DNA from: Azolla caroliniana
Lineage: Eukaryota; Plantae; Polypodiophyta
NCBI GenBank assembly: GCA_043228905.1
Contig: JBHGNT010000016.1
Span: 9,858,001 to 9,922,000 of the forward strand
Direction of reading: 5' to 3'
Length of the DNA stretch: 64,000 nucleotides
Shown here: positions 12,890 to 25,009 of the stretch, in pieces
How positions within the stretch are numbered: position 1 is the stretch's first letter
Layout: each line of letters starts with the position of its first letter
Made by a program: the position numbers and the translations under genes
Notes under the pieces: model-generated
The model's input: only the letters and a program-made list of their open reading frames with translations
The model's database searches: none
Told to the model about the DNA's origin: nothing

Positions 12890-12947
12890 GGTTCAAGACC
12901 CCCGTGGTCCCGCCCCTTTCTCCATGCACGTGCACAACAACCCAACA
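12279..12947 (+). repeat. 5' LTR of B (669 bp, contains a (TC)n tract)
   Basis: Starts TGTCGTGAAGAAAACC like A and ends CCCAACA just before the PBS. Confidence 0.88.
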
Positions 12948-12951
12948 TATT

Positions 12952-12969
12952 TGGTGAACCTGACGTGAA
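12952..12969 (+). promoter_or_regulatory. PBS of B (tRNA-Trp type)
   Basis: TGGTGAACCTGACGTGAA after a 4-nt spacer TATT. Confidence 0.85.
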
Positions 12970-12992
12970 CGGGGCGGCAGAGGAGTCCAAAG

Positions 12993-15116
12993 ATGAGGGG
13001 ATCGGAGCTAGTAGAGGCAATGGCGGTGGCCGTCGACCGGCTGGTGAGCGCTCGTGAAGGGAGGGGTACCCTCGACAGAGCCATTGAATCGATCGTGGGC
13101 TCTATAAGCCACTTTGAAGGGAAAGATGCCACAAGTTATTTGGAGGCTTACCGGGCCGAAATGATCATGAGGGATATCCCGGTGGACAGGCGGCTGTCCG
13201 GATTCCCTCGGGTGGTGACGTAGGGCATCCACGCGGAGGTGCTCGAGGCGCTGGCCGGATGCCAGACTTGGGAGGAGTTCGAGCTGCAGCTCCTCGAGAA
13301 GTACGGGTTTGACGACTCGCTTCAGCTGTCGAGGCGGGACTTCATGGCGTGGGTGGAAAGCCCCGGGAAGGGGAGGAACACGTCGGTGCTCCTCTAGGAG
13401 TTCGAAAAATGGTTCGTGCGGTTGTTGAAGCTAGACCGGACGGTGCTCGAAACAAGTTGAGTACTACTGTTTATGAAGTCGGTGGACGCGCTCGACAGGG
13501 AAAAGGTGGGTCCTCTATTGGAAACGGACGAAGGGCTCATGGCAGACTAGGCCGTGGTAAAATGGGTCTGCAGCCGTTTCGACAAACGGCGCGATTGGAG
13601 CGACGGAAGCTTGGCGGGGTCGGGGCCGGTCTCGGAAGGAGGCTCAAGGAGCCGGTATTGGTGCCGGCCGGTAGGAAGGAAGAGACCCGAATCTAGCCAA
13701 ACTCGGGGGTGGCATCAAACGACGCGGTCAGAGGCCCATCCGGAGGAGCGGCTCTGGAGGAGCTGGCGCAGATGGTGCACGACCTGCAGATCACACAGGC
13801 CCGGAGAGACAGCGGTGAACAACCTCGCGACCGGAGGCCGCCGGCTGGGCAGCGGTGCATGTGGTGTGACGCGATCGGTCACATTCGAAAGGATTGCACG
13901 GATTTTGTTGACGCTCTCAGGACCAACGTGGTGTACTTCTGGAATGGGCGGGTGCACGCGAGCGAGACCTGGAGAGCCCTAGAACTGAAGACGGGGCGCG
14001 GTGGAATGAAGAGGTTGATGGAAGAGGCCGCGGCACGACATGTTGAAGCCGTCAACTACTCGGTGTCGGCGGGAATTCGGGTCGGGGGTTATGAGACTCG
14101 GAAGGCGAAGGACTCCGGATTCTGGTCGCTAGTGCTAGAAGGCCTCTCCGGAGTTCAGCTAAACAAGGAAGAGGCGGACCGCGCGGAACAGCGGGTCTAG
14201 GAGGTCACCGGTTGGGATGATCTAGTCGAAGAGAAAACGGGCTTCGTAGAAGCCGCTTGCCAGAACTACGAGGTTCTGGTGGAGGACAAACGGGTAGGAA
14301 AGGCCGGAGGGGTCGTGCCCCCGTAGAGGTATGAGACCTGGTTCGGATTGAAACCGACCGATGCCGGCAACCCAGGTGTGCCGGACGGGAAGAAGCAGGC
14401 GAGGTTTCGGTTGAGCACCGAGATCGAAAGAACCACAGACCTGCGAAAGGTCCTGGAGGAACGTATCGTCGACAACAAAGTGGAGTTCTCATTGCGGGAG
14501 GTGCTGGCAATCGCCAAGAGGGAGTTCCAAGACTCTATCGTAGACTTGGTGAAGCGGAAAAGGCTCTCGACGGAGCCGGAACCGGAGAAGTCGGTGGAGG
14601 TGCGGACCACGCACCTGGAAGACGAAGCCCTAGAAGACGAGCTGGCGAGAAGCCACTACACGAAGCCGCATTGGGCCAAGGCAATGACGGAAACCCCTGT
14701 ACGGATCGGCAACGTTCTGGAACCAGTGGTGCTTTGGTAGACCATGGATCCGAGATCAACCTGATGTCCATGGATTTCTACAAGAAGGGTAAATGGCCGA
14801 TCAACACCAAGCACGGCTGGAAGATACGGGCGCCACGGAAGAACTACATGGGCCCTGTCCGAACGTACGGGTGAAGATCGGCGATGTCAAGATCGACCAA
14901 CACTTCTTCGTACAGGAGACGTCCTCGCATCCGGTTATACTAGGAGAACCGTATATCCCGACGGCACGGATGGAGACCAAGGTGTTGGACAACGGTTTAG
15001 CCTATGCAAGATTCAAGAGCCAGGATGGGCGTCACTCGGTCCAGTTCCTAACGGTGTCACCAAACCATGAGCGTAACCGTGAAGCCCTTGGCGGAGAAAC
15101 CCGAGGGGATTTTTAG
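12993..15116 (+). pseudogene. gag: B gag-protease with stops and frameshifts
   Basis: HFEGKDATSYL, CMWCDAIGHIRKDC, ALVDHGSEINLM. Ends RGDF*. Confidence 0.92.
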
Positions 15117-15173
15117 AGAGGGCTATCAAGGTGTGGGGCTGGGATAGTCCGGACACCCGGAAAGAACCCCACA
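15107..15173 (+). promoter_or_regulatory. Putative -1 frameshift signal of B
   Basis: G GAT TTT (15107-15113) then TAG. Stem 1 is 15120-15127/15143-15150 and stem 2 is 15132-15138/15167-15173. Confidence 0.72.
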
Positions 15174-17653
15174 AATGTACAGTACAAAAGAAGACCTGTA
15201 CCATAGGTAGGAAATTTTGGTTCTCTGACAACGGAGGTTGTACTATGACCGGCGTCAGCGGCCGGGAGAGGAAGCGAGCGGAGGAGCGGCTCAGGGTTCC
15301 CCGACGAAGACATCAGCGGCGCCGTGGAGGCGGTCTCTTTTGATGACACCTTGGGCGAACTACGAAAGGTGATCGGTGAAGACCTTAGAGAAGACTGGAC
15401 CGTTCCGGTAGGGTCAATGGGAATGTACGAAGTCATCGCGGACTTCGAGGAAAGGATCGAGTCGGATCGGATGGCCCGCGTGGATACAAAGTACAAGACT
15501 GTGGACCGAGAGGTGAGGCCAGTCGCGGCACCCTTGCTGGAGGGCAGCGAGAAGCAGATAAAAGGGGTCACGTCGGACCCAAGTTTACGGAATCCGGTTG
15601 GCATAGGGCACCGGTTCACCGACATAACGCTACGGGAGCTCAAGATCGGTGGGGGCGGCTTTCTACTGCCGGCGGACGAGGACCGGTTTCAGAGAATGCT
15701 CGGGAGGCACGGGAAGGCTTTTGCATTCTCATCGGAGGAGATCGGGTGTGTAGACCCGACAGTTGTTGAACCGATGGTGATCTTCACGGTACCGCATGTA
15801 CCGTGGAACCTCAAGCCGATTCCGGTGCTGAGAGCTCACATCCCGAAGTTGATGGAGCTCCTAAAGCAAAAGGTGGAGATGGGCATCCTCGAACTATCGA
15901 GTGCCCCGTATTCGAATCGGTGGTTTACGTTGCCGAAGAAGAATGGCATGTTGCGCTTCATTCAGGACCTGCAACCAGTCAACAAGGTGACGATCCGTAA
16001 TGCAGGAATTGGATCGACCATAGATGAGTTCGCGGAGGCCTTTGCTGGAAGGTTGATCTATTCTGTCGGTGATCTATACTCGGGGTACGATCAGTTCCAA
16101 CTAGCCGTGGAGAGCAGAGACATTACGACGATGCGGACTCCTCTAGGCCTAGTGCGGATGTGTACCCTACCACAAGGAGGGACGAACTCAGTGGCTCACA
16201 TGGTGAACGCGATGAACAAGGTGCTCAGGGATTGTATCCCGAACATCACCATGCCATTCTTAGACGACATCCCGATCAGGGGATGCCCGGTGGAGAAAAA
16301 GGATGAGGCAATTGGGCCGGACCAATGTGAGAATTTCGGGGCGTCCCACATTGATGACTATGAGAAGGTGTTGCAGAGACTAGAAGGCGCGAGGCTCACC
16401 TTCTCCGGGAAAAAGTCGGCCTTCGGGCAATCCGAGATCATGGTCGTCGGGCACCTGTGCGGACCATACGGTCGGAAACCGTCTCCGGCCAAGGTAGAAG
16501 GCATCTCTGCGATGAAGCATGACTGCAATTCGGTCACGGAGGTCTGCAGATTTTTGGGAGCATGCGCGTTCTACCACATCTAGATCCCGCACTACGCACA
16601 TGTCACGGAACCCCTCTACGAACTATTGAAAAAGGGGCATAGCTTTGAGTGGAGAATGGAGCACACGGAGTCCATATGGAGACTAAAGGGGGCGCTTATG
16701 GTAGCGCCGGCTCTCCGTAAAGTGGTTTACGGCAAGGATGTTCCCATCTGCGTGACGGTAGACACCAGCCCGACCGGGATCGGGTGGGTAATCAGTCAGG
16801 AGGACAAGGACGACGTACGATTCCCGATCCGGTTCAGGGCGAAGGTATTGAGCAAGCGGCAGCGAGGATACGCCCAAGTTAAGCGCGAACTTTGGGGTGT
16901 CGTTTCGGCAGTCAAGGCCGACAAGGATTATCTGATCGGGACGGAGGTGATCATCGAGACGGACTGCCTGCCGATACTCGGCATGGTTTCCAGATGCGCG
17001 ATGCCGGACCTAGCAATGCTCCGGTGGATAGCGTACATTAAGTCCCTGAACCCAGAGATACGGCACATCTCCGGAAAGGACAACGCCATGGCCGACATGC
17101 TTTCGAGGGCAAGGTTCAACGACGAAGACGGCATGGTTTTGGATGACGAAGAAGTCGGCGAGGACTTCTTCGGGTCGGCTAACGTAATGACGAAGGAAGG
17201 GAACACTCCGGCGCTTAACGAATTTGACGAAAGCAAGTACGACGGGGAGTGGCTCCAAATCGGGAGGTTCCTACGGACGATGGCGCCGGACGCAGCATGG
17301 GCGAGAGAGGAGGCGAGCCGGATACGGAAAAAGGCGTACCGGTTCTTCCTACGGGACGGGTGCATATGGAGGCACCCAAAGTAGAGAAGCGGCATCCCAC
17401 TCTGAGTAGTGGCAAAGAAAGAAGAACAGGGGGGACTACTAGCGGCATTTCACAAGAGCCCCTGGGCCGGACACCACGGAACGTGGGCCGCGTTCAAGAA
17501 GCTGAAGGAGAAGTACTGGTTGCCGGGGCTGTACCAGGACGTGCATCGGTTCGTAACGACTTGCGAAAGTTGTCAGATGCACTCCGTAGTCCGACACCGG
17601 GACGAGCTACGCCCGACCTACCCGCCTACGGTCCATTTCAAGTGGATGGTAGA
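15110..17653 (+). pseudogene. pol: B pol (RT, RH, INT N-terminus)
   Basis: DLYSGYDQ, LPQGGTNS, PFLDD, RH motifs, HKSPWAGH..CESC. Several stops. Confidence 0.94.
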
Positions 17654-18293
17654 TGTGAAAGTGTTTTTAGAATTCAAGGTATTGAAGTCTACAAAAATAT
17701 AAGGTATGGAGCATTCACACCCGAAGGCCAAGAACACGAATCAAGGTTTCAAGTATAGGTCAAACTAAAAGCAAGAAAGATGGAGAAAAGTAAAAGAAGG
17801 AAAAAGCAGACCACCAAAAAGCAGTCAGAAACCAACGCTCATAACTCTCTCGTTTGACACCCAAATATCATGTGTAAATATGGGTTAGAAATTTTATGAC
17901 GAGAGCTATCCATAGCTTTTTAAAACTCTAAATTTGGAGCATGGATGAGGGAGATATGACGATTAGAAGATCGTTGTGTCATAGCTAAGAATAGGAGATG
18001 GAAAAGCTCTAAAAAAAGTGTGGAAAAGAAAGCAAGCGAAACTTATCTACTAGAGGAGAACATCATATAAAGCAAGAAGAGTGAGGTGGTGAGGAGGAGC
18101 TTTTTTCTTGTGGTGTTTTTCTTGCCTATTCATGTAGTGCGTTTTTCTAGTGATCAATTCATCCTTGTAGGCTTGAGTTTATGTATCTTCTTTCTCTTGT
18201 TTCTATGATCATCACTCCTTATTAATATATCTTTGTAGATTTGGGTTTCTATATCTTCCTTCTCTCTCTTTTCTATCATCATTTCTCTTTTCA
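17654..18293 (+). repeat. 5' LTR of D
   Basis: About 4 substitutions relative to 20322-20961. Confidence 0.96.
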
Positions 18294-18389
18294 TTTTGGC
18301 GCTCCAGGGAGGGCCGATCCTTTCCGTATAACGGGAGGAACGGTTGCCCACTCATTGATGGTTGGATCTACTGATTCATCATCAAACTA

Positions 18390-19055
18390 ATGGCAAGATA
18401 TGGAGTTCGCGATGCGACAGGTCTACGAAGAGAACTTTTCCAATTGCGTATGGTTTCACCAATGTGCTACCTCGAGTATGAGAAGACGTTTTTGGATATA
18501 TGGTCCACTTGGATTGGACTTGTTGGAGGCGTTGAAGATGTATACTTCAAGATGGAAAGATTCAAAGCAGGGCTAGATCCATATTTTCAATATGAAGTGC
18601 ATATGAAGTACCCAAGGTCTTTCCATGATTTGCTTCGAGTATGTCAAAGTTATGATCAACAATTGAAGAAGTTGTTATTCGGTGAAGCATATGGAGTATC
18701 GGCGTCATATACCATAAATCCAAGCTATAATAATTGTGGATCGGTCATGAGCCAACAACCAACATACTTGCAATGTCTGATTCAACAGGTTCCCTCATAT
18801 CATTATTCTAATTTTTGGAGTTATAATGATGTCTATGAAGGTGATTCCAGAGACAATGAAGAAGAGGTGATGAATGTGGAGTTCCCCCATCTAGTTCATG
18901 AGGACAACCATGATATAAAGAATGATGATGTGAAAGACGAATCTAATGAGATTGTTATGAGAAGCGATGTTATGGATGGTGATGCCAATGTACATCATGT
19001 TGAGGGCATTATTGATACAACAAGCGATATGGTGGTTGATGATGAATATGTGTAA
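18390..19055 (+). CDS. D ORF1: gag-like protein with acidic tail (221 aa)
   Basis: Capsid-like KMERFKAGLDPYFQYEVHMKYPRSFHDLL, then a D/E-rich C-terminus. No Zn knuckle. Confidence 0.65.
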   Translation: MARYGVRDATGLRRELFQLRMVSPMCYLEYEKTFLDIWSTWIGLVGGVEDVYFKMERFKAGLDPYFQYEVHMKYPRSFHDLLRVCQSYDQQLKKLLFGEAYGVSASYTINPSYNNCGSVMSQQPTYLQCLIQQVPSYHYSNFWSYNDVYEGDSRDNEEEVMNVEFPHLVHEDNHDIKNDDVKDESNEIVMRSDVMDGDANVHHVEGIIDTTSDMVVDDEYV

Positions 19056-19061
19056 GATGAA

Positions 19062-20063
19062 ATGGAAGATATGACAAAAGAAGTTGTTGATGGTGAAGTA
19101 CCCACAACGAAGTTGCAAGATGAAGAAGGTAACCTAGAAGTGATAGCTAGAGATTGGCTTTTGGAGATCAATGCGTGTAAGGAAGCATTGGTAAGTGCCA
19201 AGTTGCAGTGTATGAAGGTGTTCGTGCATGATTTATGTTTTGGATTTGCATTGAGTAGCAACAAAGTTATGTGGGCATCAAATCTTCAACAACAATTTGA
19301 CCAAGAGCCAAGAGATTTACTTGTAATGCATGATTGGAGTATCATTAACTTATCACCATCAAAGGATCCACCACAACTAATCAAATGTATAAAGGAGAAG
19401 GAATCATCTATCGACATTGGCAAGCAAGAAGAGGAAAGCATAACAATTGATATATATTCGTGGGGTAGGGAAAACAAATCATTCCACATGGTATCTAAGG
19501 AGGAAGAACAAGTCATTGAAGAGAAAAGTATTATCACCCTAAAGGGGAAAAAGAAGATGATTTCAAACGATATCCAAGGAGAAGAGGATCTAAGGTTTAT
19601 TTCTCTCTTTTTTAAGTTTACAAAGTTATTCATAAATGACTATTCACAGATAAGAGTAGAAGGCATCAAGCACCACATCAAGTTGGAGAATTTGAAGTTT
19701 GTCTCACTTATTGTGGTTGTTCCAAAGGAGAAAGACGTCAACTTCCAACCCTTGAATGATTCAACCAAACGAGATTTATTTTTGCTTCCTTTTCGAGATG
19801 AGATTCTAGATGAAATGGTCATACATACAAAACAAGGTAATGTGGAGAATGTGGTGTGCCAAGAAGAAAGTCATGTTGATGAAGCAAAGATCGACGTAAT
19901 TCAAAATATGACAATTTTGACTAGTATCGAAGCTTTGAAGGTATTTGTACAAAAGGTTCGCTCGCTCGAAAGATTTATTCATATGTTAACATGCTTACTT
20001 CTATCAAGAGTTATGTATCACATAGACCTACTTCTGTTTGGAAAGTTGATGAAGATATACTAA
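19062..20063 (+). CDS. D ORF2: open frame with collapsed gypsy RT remnants, no catalytic motif (333 aa)
   Basis: IVVVPK, VNFQPLNDSTKRDLFLLPFRDEILDE, VDEAKIDVI. No YxDD, RH or INT motifs. Confidence 0.55.
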   Translation: MEDMTKEVVDGEVPTTKLQDEEGNLEVIARDWLLEINACKEALVSAKLQCMKVFVHDLCFGFALSSNKVMWASNLQQQFDQEPRDLLVMHDWSIINLSPSKDPPQLIKCIKEKESSIDIGKQEEESITIDIYSWGRENKSFHMVSKEEEQVIEEKSIITLKGKKKMISNDIQGEEDLRFISLFFKFTKLFINDYSQIRVEGIKHHIKLENLKFVSLIVVVPKEKDVNFQPLNDSTKRDLFLLPFRDEILDEMVIHTKQGNVENVVCQEESHVDEAKIDVIQNMTILTSIEALKVFVQKVRSLERFIHMLTCLLLSRVMYHIDLLLFGKLMKIY

Positions 20064-20321
20064 TTGTTGTAACCTCTTTCTTTGTGTTGACAAGGAGAAA
20101 GATGGTGATGGCAATTGTCAATGTGTATGTGTGTGTGTTTAGAAGTGTGAGGTTTTTCCTATCGACTAGCGGGGGTTTTACTCACATAGTTTGTTTCTTT
20201 TCTATTTATTTTCTCCTTCTTTGTCTATAGCCATGAATAAGGCGAAGGAGAACCTTTAGTTTTATTAGTAGCTTAGGGTTCACCATAAATGGTTCACCAA
20301 AAAGCAAGGGGGAGGGCTAGA

Positions 20322-20961
20322 TGTGAAAGTGTTTTTAGAATTCAAGGTATTGAAGTCTACAAAAATATAAGGTATGGAGCATTCACACCCGAAGGCCAAG
20401 AACACGAATCAAGGTTTCAAGTATAAGTCAAACTAAAAGCAAGAAAGATGGAGAAAAGTAAAAGAAGGAAAAAGCAGACCACCAAAAAGCAGTCAGAAAC
20501 CAACGCTCATAACTCTCTCGTTTGACACCCAAATATCACGTGTAAATATGGGTTAGAAATTTTATGACGAGAGCTATCCGTAGCTTTTTAAAACTCTAAA
20601 TTTGGAGCATGGATGAGGGAGATATGACGATTAGAAGATCGTTGTGTCATAGCTAAGAATAGGAGATGGAAAAGCTCTAAAAAAAGTGTGGAAAAGAAAG
20701 CAAGCGAAACTTATCTACTAGAGGAGAACATCATATAAAGCAAGAAGAGTGAGGTGGTGAGGAGGAGCTTTTTTCTTGTGGTGTTTTTCTTGCCTATTCA
20801 TGTAGTGCGTTTTTCTAGTGATCAATTCATCCTTGTAGGCTTGAGTTTATGTATCTTCTTTCTCTTGTTTCTATGATCATCACTCCTTATTAATATATCT
20901 TTGTAGATTTGGGTTTCTATATCTTCCTTCTCTCTCTTTTCTATCATCATCTCTCTTTTCA
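20322..20961 (+). repeat. 3' LTR of D
   Basis: Near-identical to 17654-18293. Confidence 0.96.
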
Positions 20962-21449
20962 GTAGACTTGGTGACGATGCCAATGGGGATAGGACAGATG
21001 CGATACCTGGTGCTTGCATGGGAAGACTTAACGAACCAGGTGGAAGGCCATGCACTACAAAGCAAGACAACCGCGTCGGTATGCCGGTTTCTAATCGAAG
21101 AAGTGGTGTGTCGGTACGGGTGCGTCGGGAGGATCGTGGCGGACCGGGGAGAGCTGGATGCGAGGGAGGCTGAGGAGCTGTTTGACCGGCTAGGCGTCAA
21201 AGTCTCCCTCACTACAGCGTACAATCTAGAGGCAAACGGAAAGGTGGAACATGGGCACGGGCTGATCGTAAAGGCATTGGTGCGTGCATGCGGAGGACAA
21301 GTCGGGAATTGGCCGCGACTCCTTCCTTACGCACTACGGGCGGACTGAACTATGCACAATTCGGTGATAGGGTTTATGCCGGCAGAGCTGATGTACGGAC
21401 AGAAGCCGATCATGCCGGTGGAACAGACGGTTTCTTCATCGGCGACAGT
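20962..21449 (+). pseudogene. pol: B integrase core (continuation), truncated
   Basis: KWMVD|LVTMP rejoins across D. DRGE and NGKVE motifs present. Confidence 0.93.
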
Positions 21450-21461
21450 GACGGTTTCTTC

Positions 21462-22778
21462 ATCTTCACACACTATGTAAAAAATAATGAAATAATTATT
21501 ATAGATTAGATTAGTAGCTTACTATAGAAAGATGGATATACTCAAGAGCTTCAAAATGTATTTTACTATATACAAAATGAAGAAATACATATCAAGTTAT
21601 GAGAAAATAAAGTTTGAGAAGATAGGGAAATTAGAACTATCCCACATAGATAGGAAAGTTAAAGCCCTCGCTATATAAACACCTTGAGCTCCCTCATTTT
21701 TCATTTGTGCTAAGAGCACTTTGGCCACTTTGTCTTGATGGATGATGGTGGCCAAATTCGCTAAAATCGGAAACCGGCTGGTATGCAATCCGGAAACCGG
21801 CCGGTATGCAAAATCGGAACCGGAACCGGAACCGGCTGGCAAGCAAGACGGAACCGGTATGCAAACCAGAAACCGGCCGGTTAGCAAAACCAGAACCGAA
21901 ACTGGCAAGCAAACTGGAACCGGTTGGCAAGCAAAACCGCAACCGCAACCGCAACCGGCAAGCAAACCGGGACCGACCGGCAAGCAAAACTGGAACTGGA
22001 ACCGGCAAGCAAACCGCAACCGGCTGGCAAGCAAAACCGGAACTGGAATTGGCAAGCAAAATCGGAACCGGAACCGGCCGGCAAGCAAAATGGAACCAGC
22101 TACTGGACGAGGTTGGACACGGACGGACGAAAGATTGGATCATGCAACAAACTAAAGTAAAGTGAAGAAAACTAAAGTAAAGGCCATGTGGACGCAAACA
22201 ACTAAAGTTGGAGTGCATGGAAAAAGTAAAGGTCATGTGGATAGTCACATGCAACCAAAAGAAAAAAGCTAGGCAACTAAAAGTAGAGGCAATGCAACAA
22301 AAAGTGGAATGGCTATGATCAAGGGAGAACTCCATATTTATTCCATTTTTTTTTCCTACACGAGGACTCACTCTCCATATTATCTTAATTTCTTTTCTTT
22401 TCTTTGGGAGCTCTCTTATATTATCGAAGCCAATAACCCTAATCTTCCCTACGGAAGCAATCTCTCAAGTAAACCATAATTTCCATACGGAAGCAATCTC
22501 TCAAAATCCAAAATTCCTTGTCAAAGCCATATCACTCAAGAATCATAATCTCTTATTTCCTCTAATCTATTATTCTAATCATCTCCATAAGATAAAACTT
22601 TTGTAATCCCAATCTTGGGATTGATTGTAATCTTTCTTTCCCTTTATTAATGAAATTTGTTAATCTTTATCAGTTTGTATTAATTGTTTAATATAATCAT
22701 AGGAATCTGATATCTTCCGGTCGGAGGCCCTAGGGTCCTGCCTCAAAGTTCACGTATCCTCGTTGTATTTACGCGACA
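21462..22778 (+). repeat. 5' LTR of E (first about 10 nt missing)
   Basis: Matches 28533 onward and ends GCGACA before the PBS. Confidence 0.92.
21767..22100 (+). repeat. Degenerate tandem array in E 5' LTR (GCAAGCAAAACCGGAACCG-type units, about 20-30 bp)
   Basis: Repeated GCAAGCAAA and ACCGGA modules. Confidence 0.9.
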
Positions 22779-22782
22779 TCTT

Positions 22783-22800
22783 TGGTGAACTCGACGTGAA
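22783..22800 (+). promoter_or_regulatory. PBS of E (tRNA-Trp type)
   Basis: TGGTGAACTCGACGTGAA after spacer TCTT. Confidence 0.85.
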
Positions 22801-22831
22801 ACGAGGCAGTAGGAGGATATCAAGTACGAAG

Positions 22832-25009
22832 ATGGCTTCGATAAGTGGAACTCAAGGAGAAGAATTGACGAAAGGCATGGTGTCCATCGTTGAATTCATG
22901 CTGAAAGAGAGAGATCGGGAGGCTTTAGTCGACAAAGCTGTTGACCGAACTGTGGAGATAGTTGGAAGATTCGGTGGGAAGAACATCACAAATTTCCTTG
23001 CTACCTACCGGAATGAGATGCAACAAAGAGATGTCCATGATCCAAAACAAATTTCAAGCTTTAAGCGTGTGGTAGAACCCGGGATCCGTGAGCGCGTGAT
23101 GGAGATCCAAAACGAGCATGCAACTTGGGCGAAGTTCGAAAGGGCTCTTCTCACTGAATACATGCTTGAAGACGCATCGCGGATGACTCGGCATACGTTA
23201 ATGAATTGGATCGAGAACAAAGGGAAGAATCTGTGTGCATCGGGAATTTATGCCGAATTCGACCAGAAGTACAACCGACTTCCGAGTGTCGAGCAACGAG
23301 TTCTCGACGAAGATAAAGTCTTACTATTCCTAAAGGAAATGGATGCGAAAGATCGGCGAGAATTGGGTAGTTTCTTGGAGGACGAAACACAACCAAATGG
23401 TTTGGTAGCGGACTGGACGGCGGTGAAGAAGGCTTGCAGCCGTTTTGATAAGTGGCGACAATGGCAAGAGGAACCTGAGGTCGAGAATCCACAATTGTGG
23501 AAGAAGGCACCTACGACGATTGAGCCTAGTAAGCTGATCAACAATTTCGACAAGAAAGCAATGGAGGAGTCTATAATCGAAGAGCTCTCCAAGAAGTTTG
23601 AAGCGGTATCGCTAGCCAACTTAGGTCGACGCGGGCCCAAGGGAAAAGAAGCGTATAGATGTGTGTGGTGCGATAGCTTTGAACACTCACGAAGGGAATG
23701 TGCTGACTTGCAAGATGCGATCCGCAAGAATGTCATCTATTTGGACGACAACATGATTCACTCGAGCGAAACCCGGAAGCCACTACGAGTGAACTTCGGA
23801 AGAGGTGGGCTGAAAAAGATTGTAGAAGAAGAAGATGCAAGGCATGTGGAGGCTATGCACTATGCCGCTTCGGCTGGGATACGAGTTGGAAAAGAGAATC
23901 TTAAAATGATCAAGCCAGGAGCTGGGTTTTGGCCAACGGTCTTCGAGTGCGAAGAAAAAGGCAAAATCAATTCGGAGGATCTAAAACTTGCTGACCGAAA
24001 CGTGCGACGAGCACCCGGATGGTCAGATCCAATCGACGAAAACACAAGCTTTGCGGAGGTTGTGTGTGACACCTATGAAGCCCTTGTCGAAGAGAAGAGG
24101 AAGAGAACCGGTGAAGAAGATGGCACATCAAAGCAACCTAACACAAGGAACGGAGGGAAAGAAGGGCCACCCCAACCTATCCCAAGAAAAGAGATTGGTG
24201 AAACAAACATGAAGCCCGGTGGATCGAGCCAACCTGCTCGGATGGAAGTCGAAGAATCAACGAAGAAAGGAAAAGAACGAGCGGCACCGACTTACAAGCT
24301 AATGTTGGACATAGAACAAACAACTAACTTGCGGAAGGTCCTTGAGGAGAAGGTTTTAGATAGTCATGTCGACCTTACCTTGAGAGAGCTACTTGGGATC
24401 GCGAAGAAGGAGTTCCATGATACTATCGTGGACCTTATTAAAAGGAAGCGGCAACAATCTAATGAAGAGGAGGTGAAAGCAAGTGCCATAACCATGGCAA
24501 GATCGGAAGAGGAGGAAGAAGAAGTAGTGGCAGATAGCCATTACTCGCGGCCTCATTGGGCAAGAGCAACAACGAAGACACCGGTGAAGATCGGGGAGAA
24601 GAAAGAGACTGTGGTCGCTTTGATTGACCATGGCTCAGAGATCAACCTCATGTCGACCGAGTTCTACAAGAAAGGAAGATGGCCGATTAATACAAACCAC
24701 GGATGGTAGATTCGAGCGGTGACGAAGGCTACGGAGGACTTGTACGGAGCTTGCCCCAACGTTAAAGTCACGATCGGGGATGTAGAGATTGATCAACACT
24801 TCTTCGTGCAAGACTCAGCTTCACATCCCGTCATCCTAGGACAACCATATATAACATCGTCCCGGATGGAGACCAAGGTGTTCGATAATGGAGCAGCCTT
24901 GGCGCGCGTCAAGAGTCTTGATAGTAAAAGATCCGTTCAATTCCTAACGGTTCAAGCTAATCATGAAAGGAACCGAGATAGCCTTGGAGGCGAATCCTCT
25001 GATTTTTAA
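22832..25009 (+). pseudogene. gag: E gag-protease with a single in-frame stop at 24707-24709
   Basis: MASISGTQ.., RFGGKNIT, CVWCDSFEHSRREC, ALIDHGSEINLM. Reads HGW*IRA where A has HGWKIRA. Ends SSDF*. Confidence 0.93.

Larger units (their letters stand above)
17654..20961 (+). mobile_element. Element D: short non-autonomous LTR retrotransposon (3.3 kb) inserted in the integrase of B
   Basis: 640-bp LTRs with TG..CA ends, TSD GTAGA (17649-17653 and 20962-20966), PBS-like TGGCGCTCCAGGGAGGG at 18297-18313 and PPT at 20299-20321. Confidence 0.96.
12279..21449 (+). mobile_element. Element B: Trp-PBS Ty3/gypsy, close relative of A; 3' end deleted, interrupted by D
   Basis: LTR-PBS-gag-PR-RT-RH-INT on the plus strand with proteins highly similar to A. 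Integrase breaks off at 21449 and there is no 3' LTR. Confidence 0.93.

Noticed and set aside
21597-22371. Repetitive ORFs here and at 28668-29646, 41335-42058, 52833-53276 and 57281-57976 as novel proteins
   Set aside because: They are translations of LTR tandem arrays, open on both strands, and differ between the two LTRs of each element.
24707-24709. Stop inside the E protease as programmed readthrough
   Set aside because: A and B have AAG (Lys) here, so it is a private mutation.
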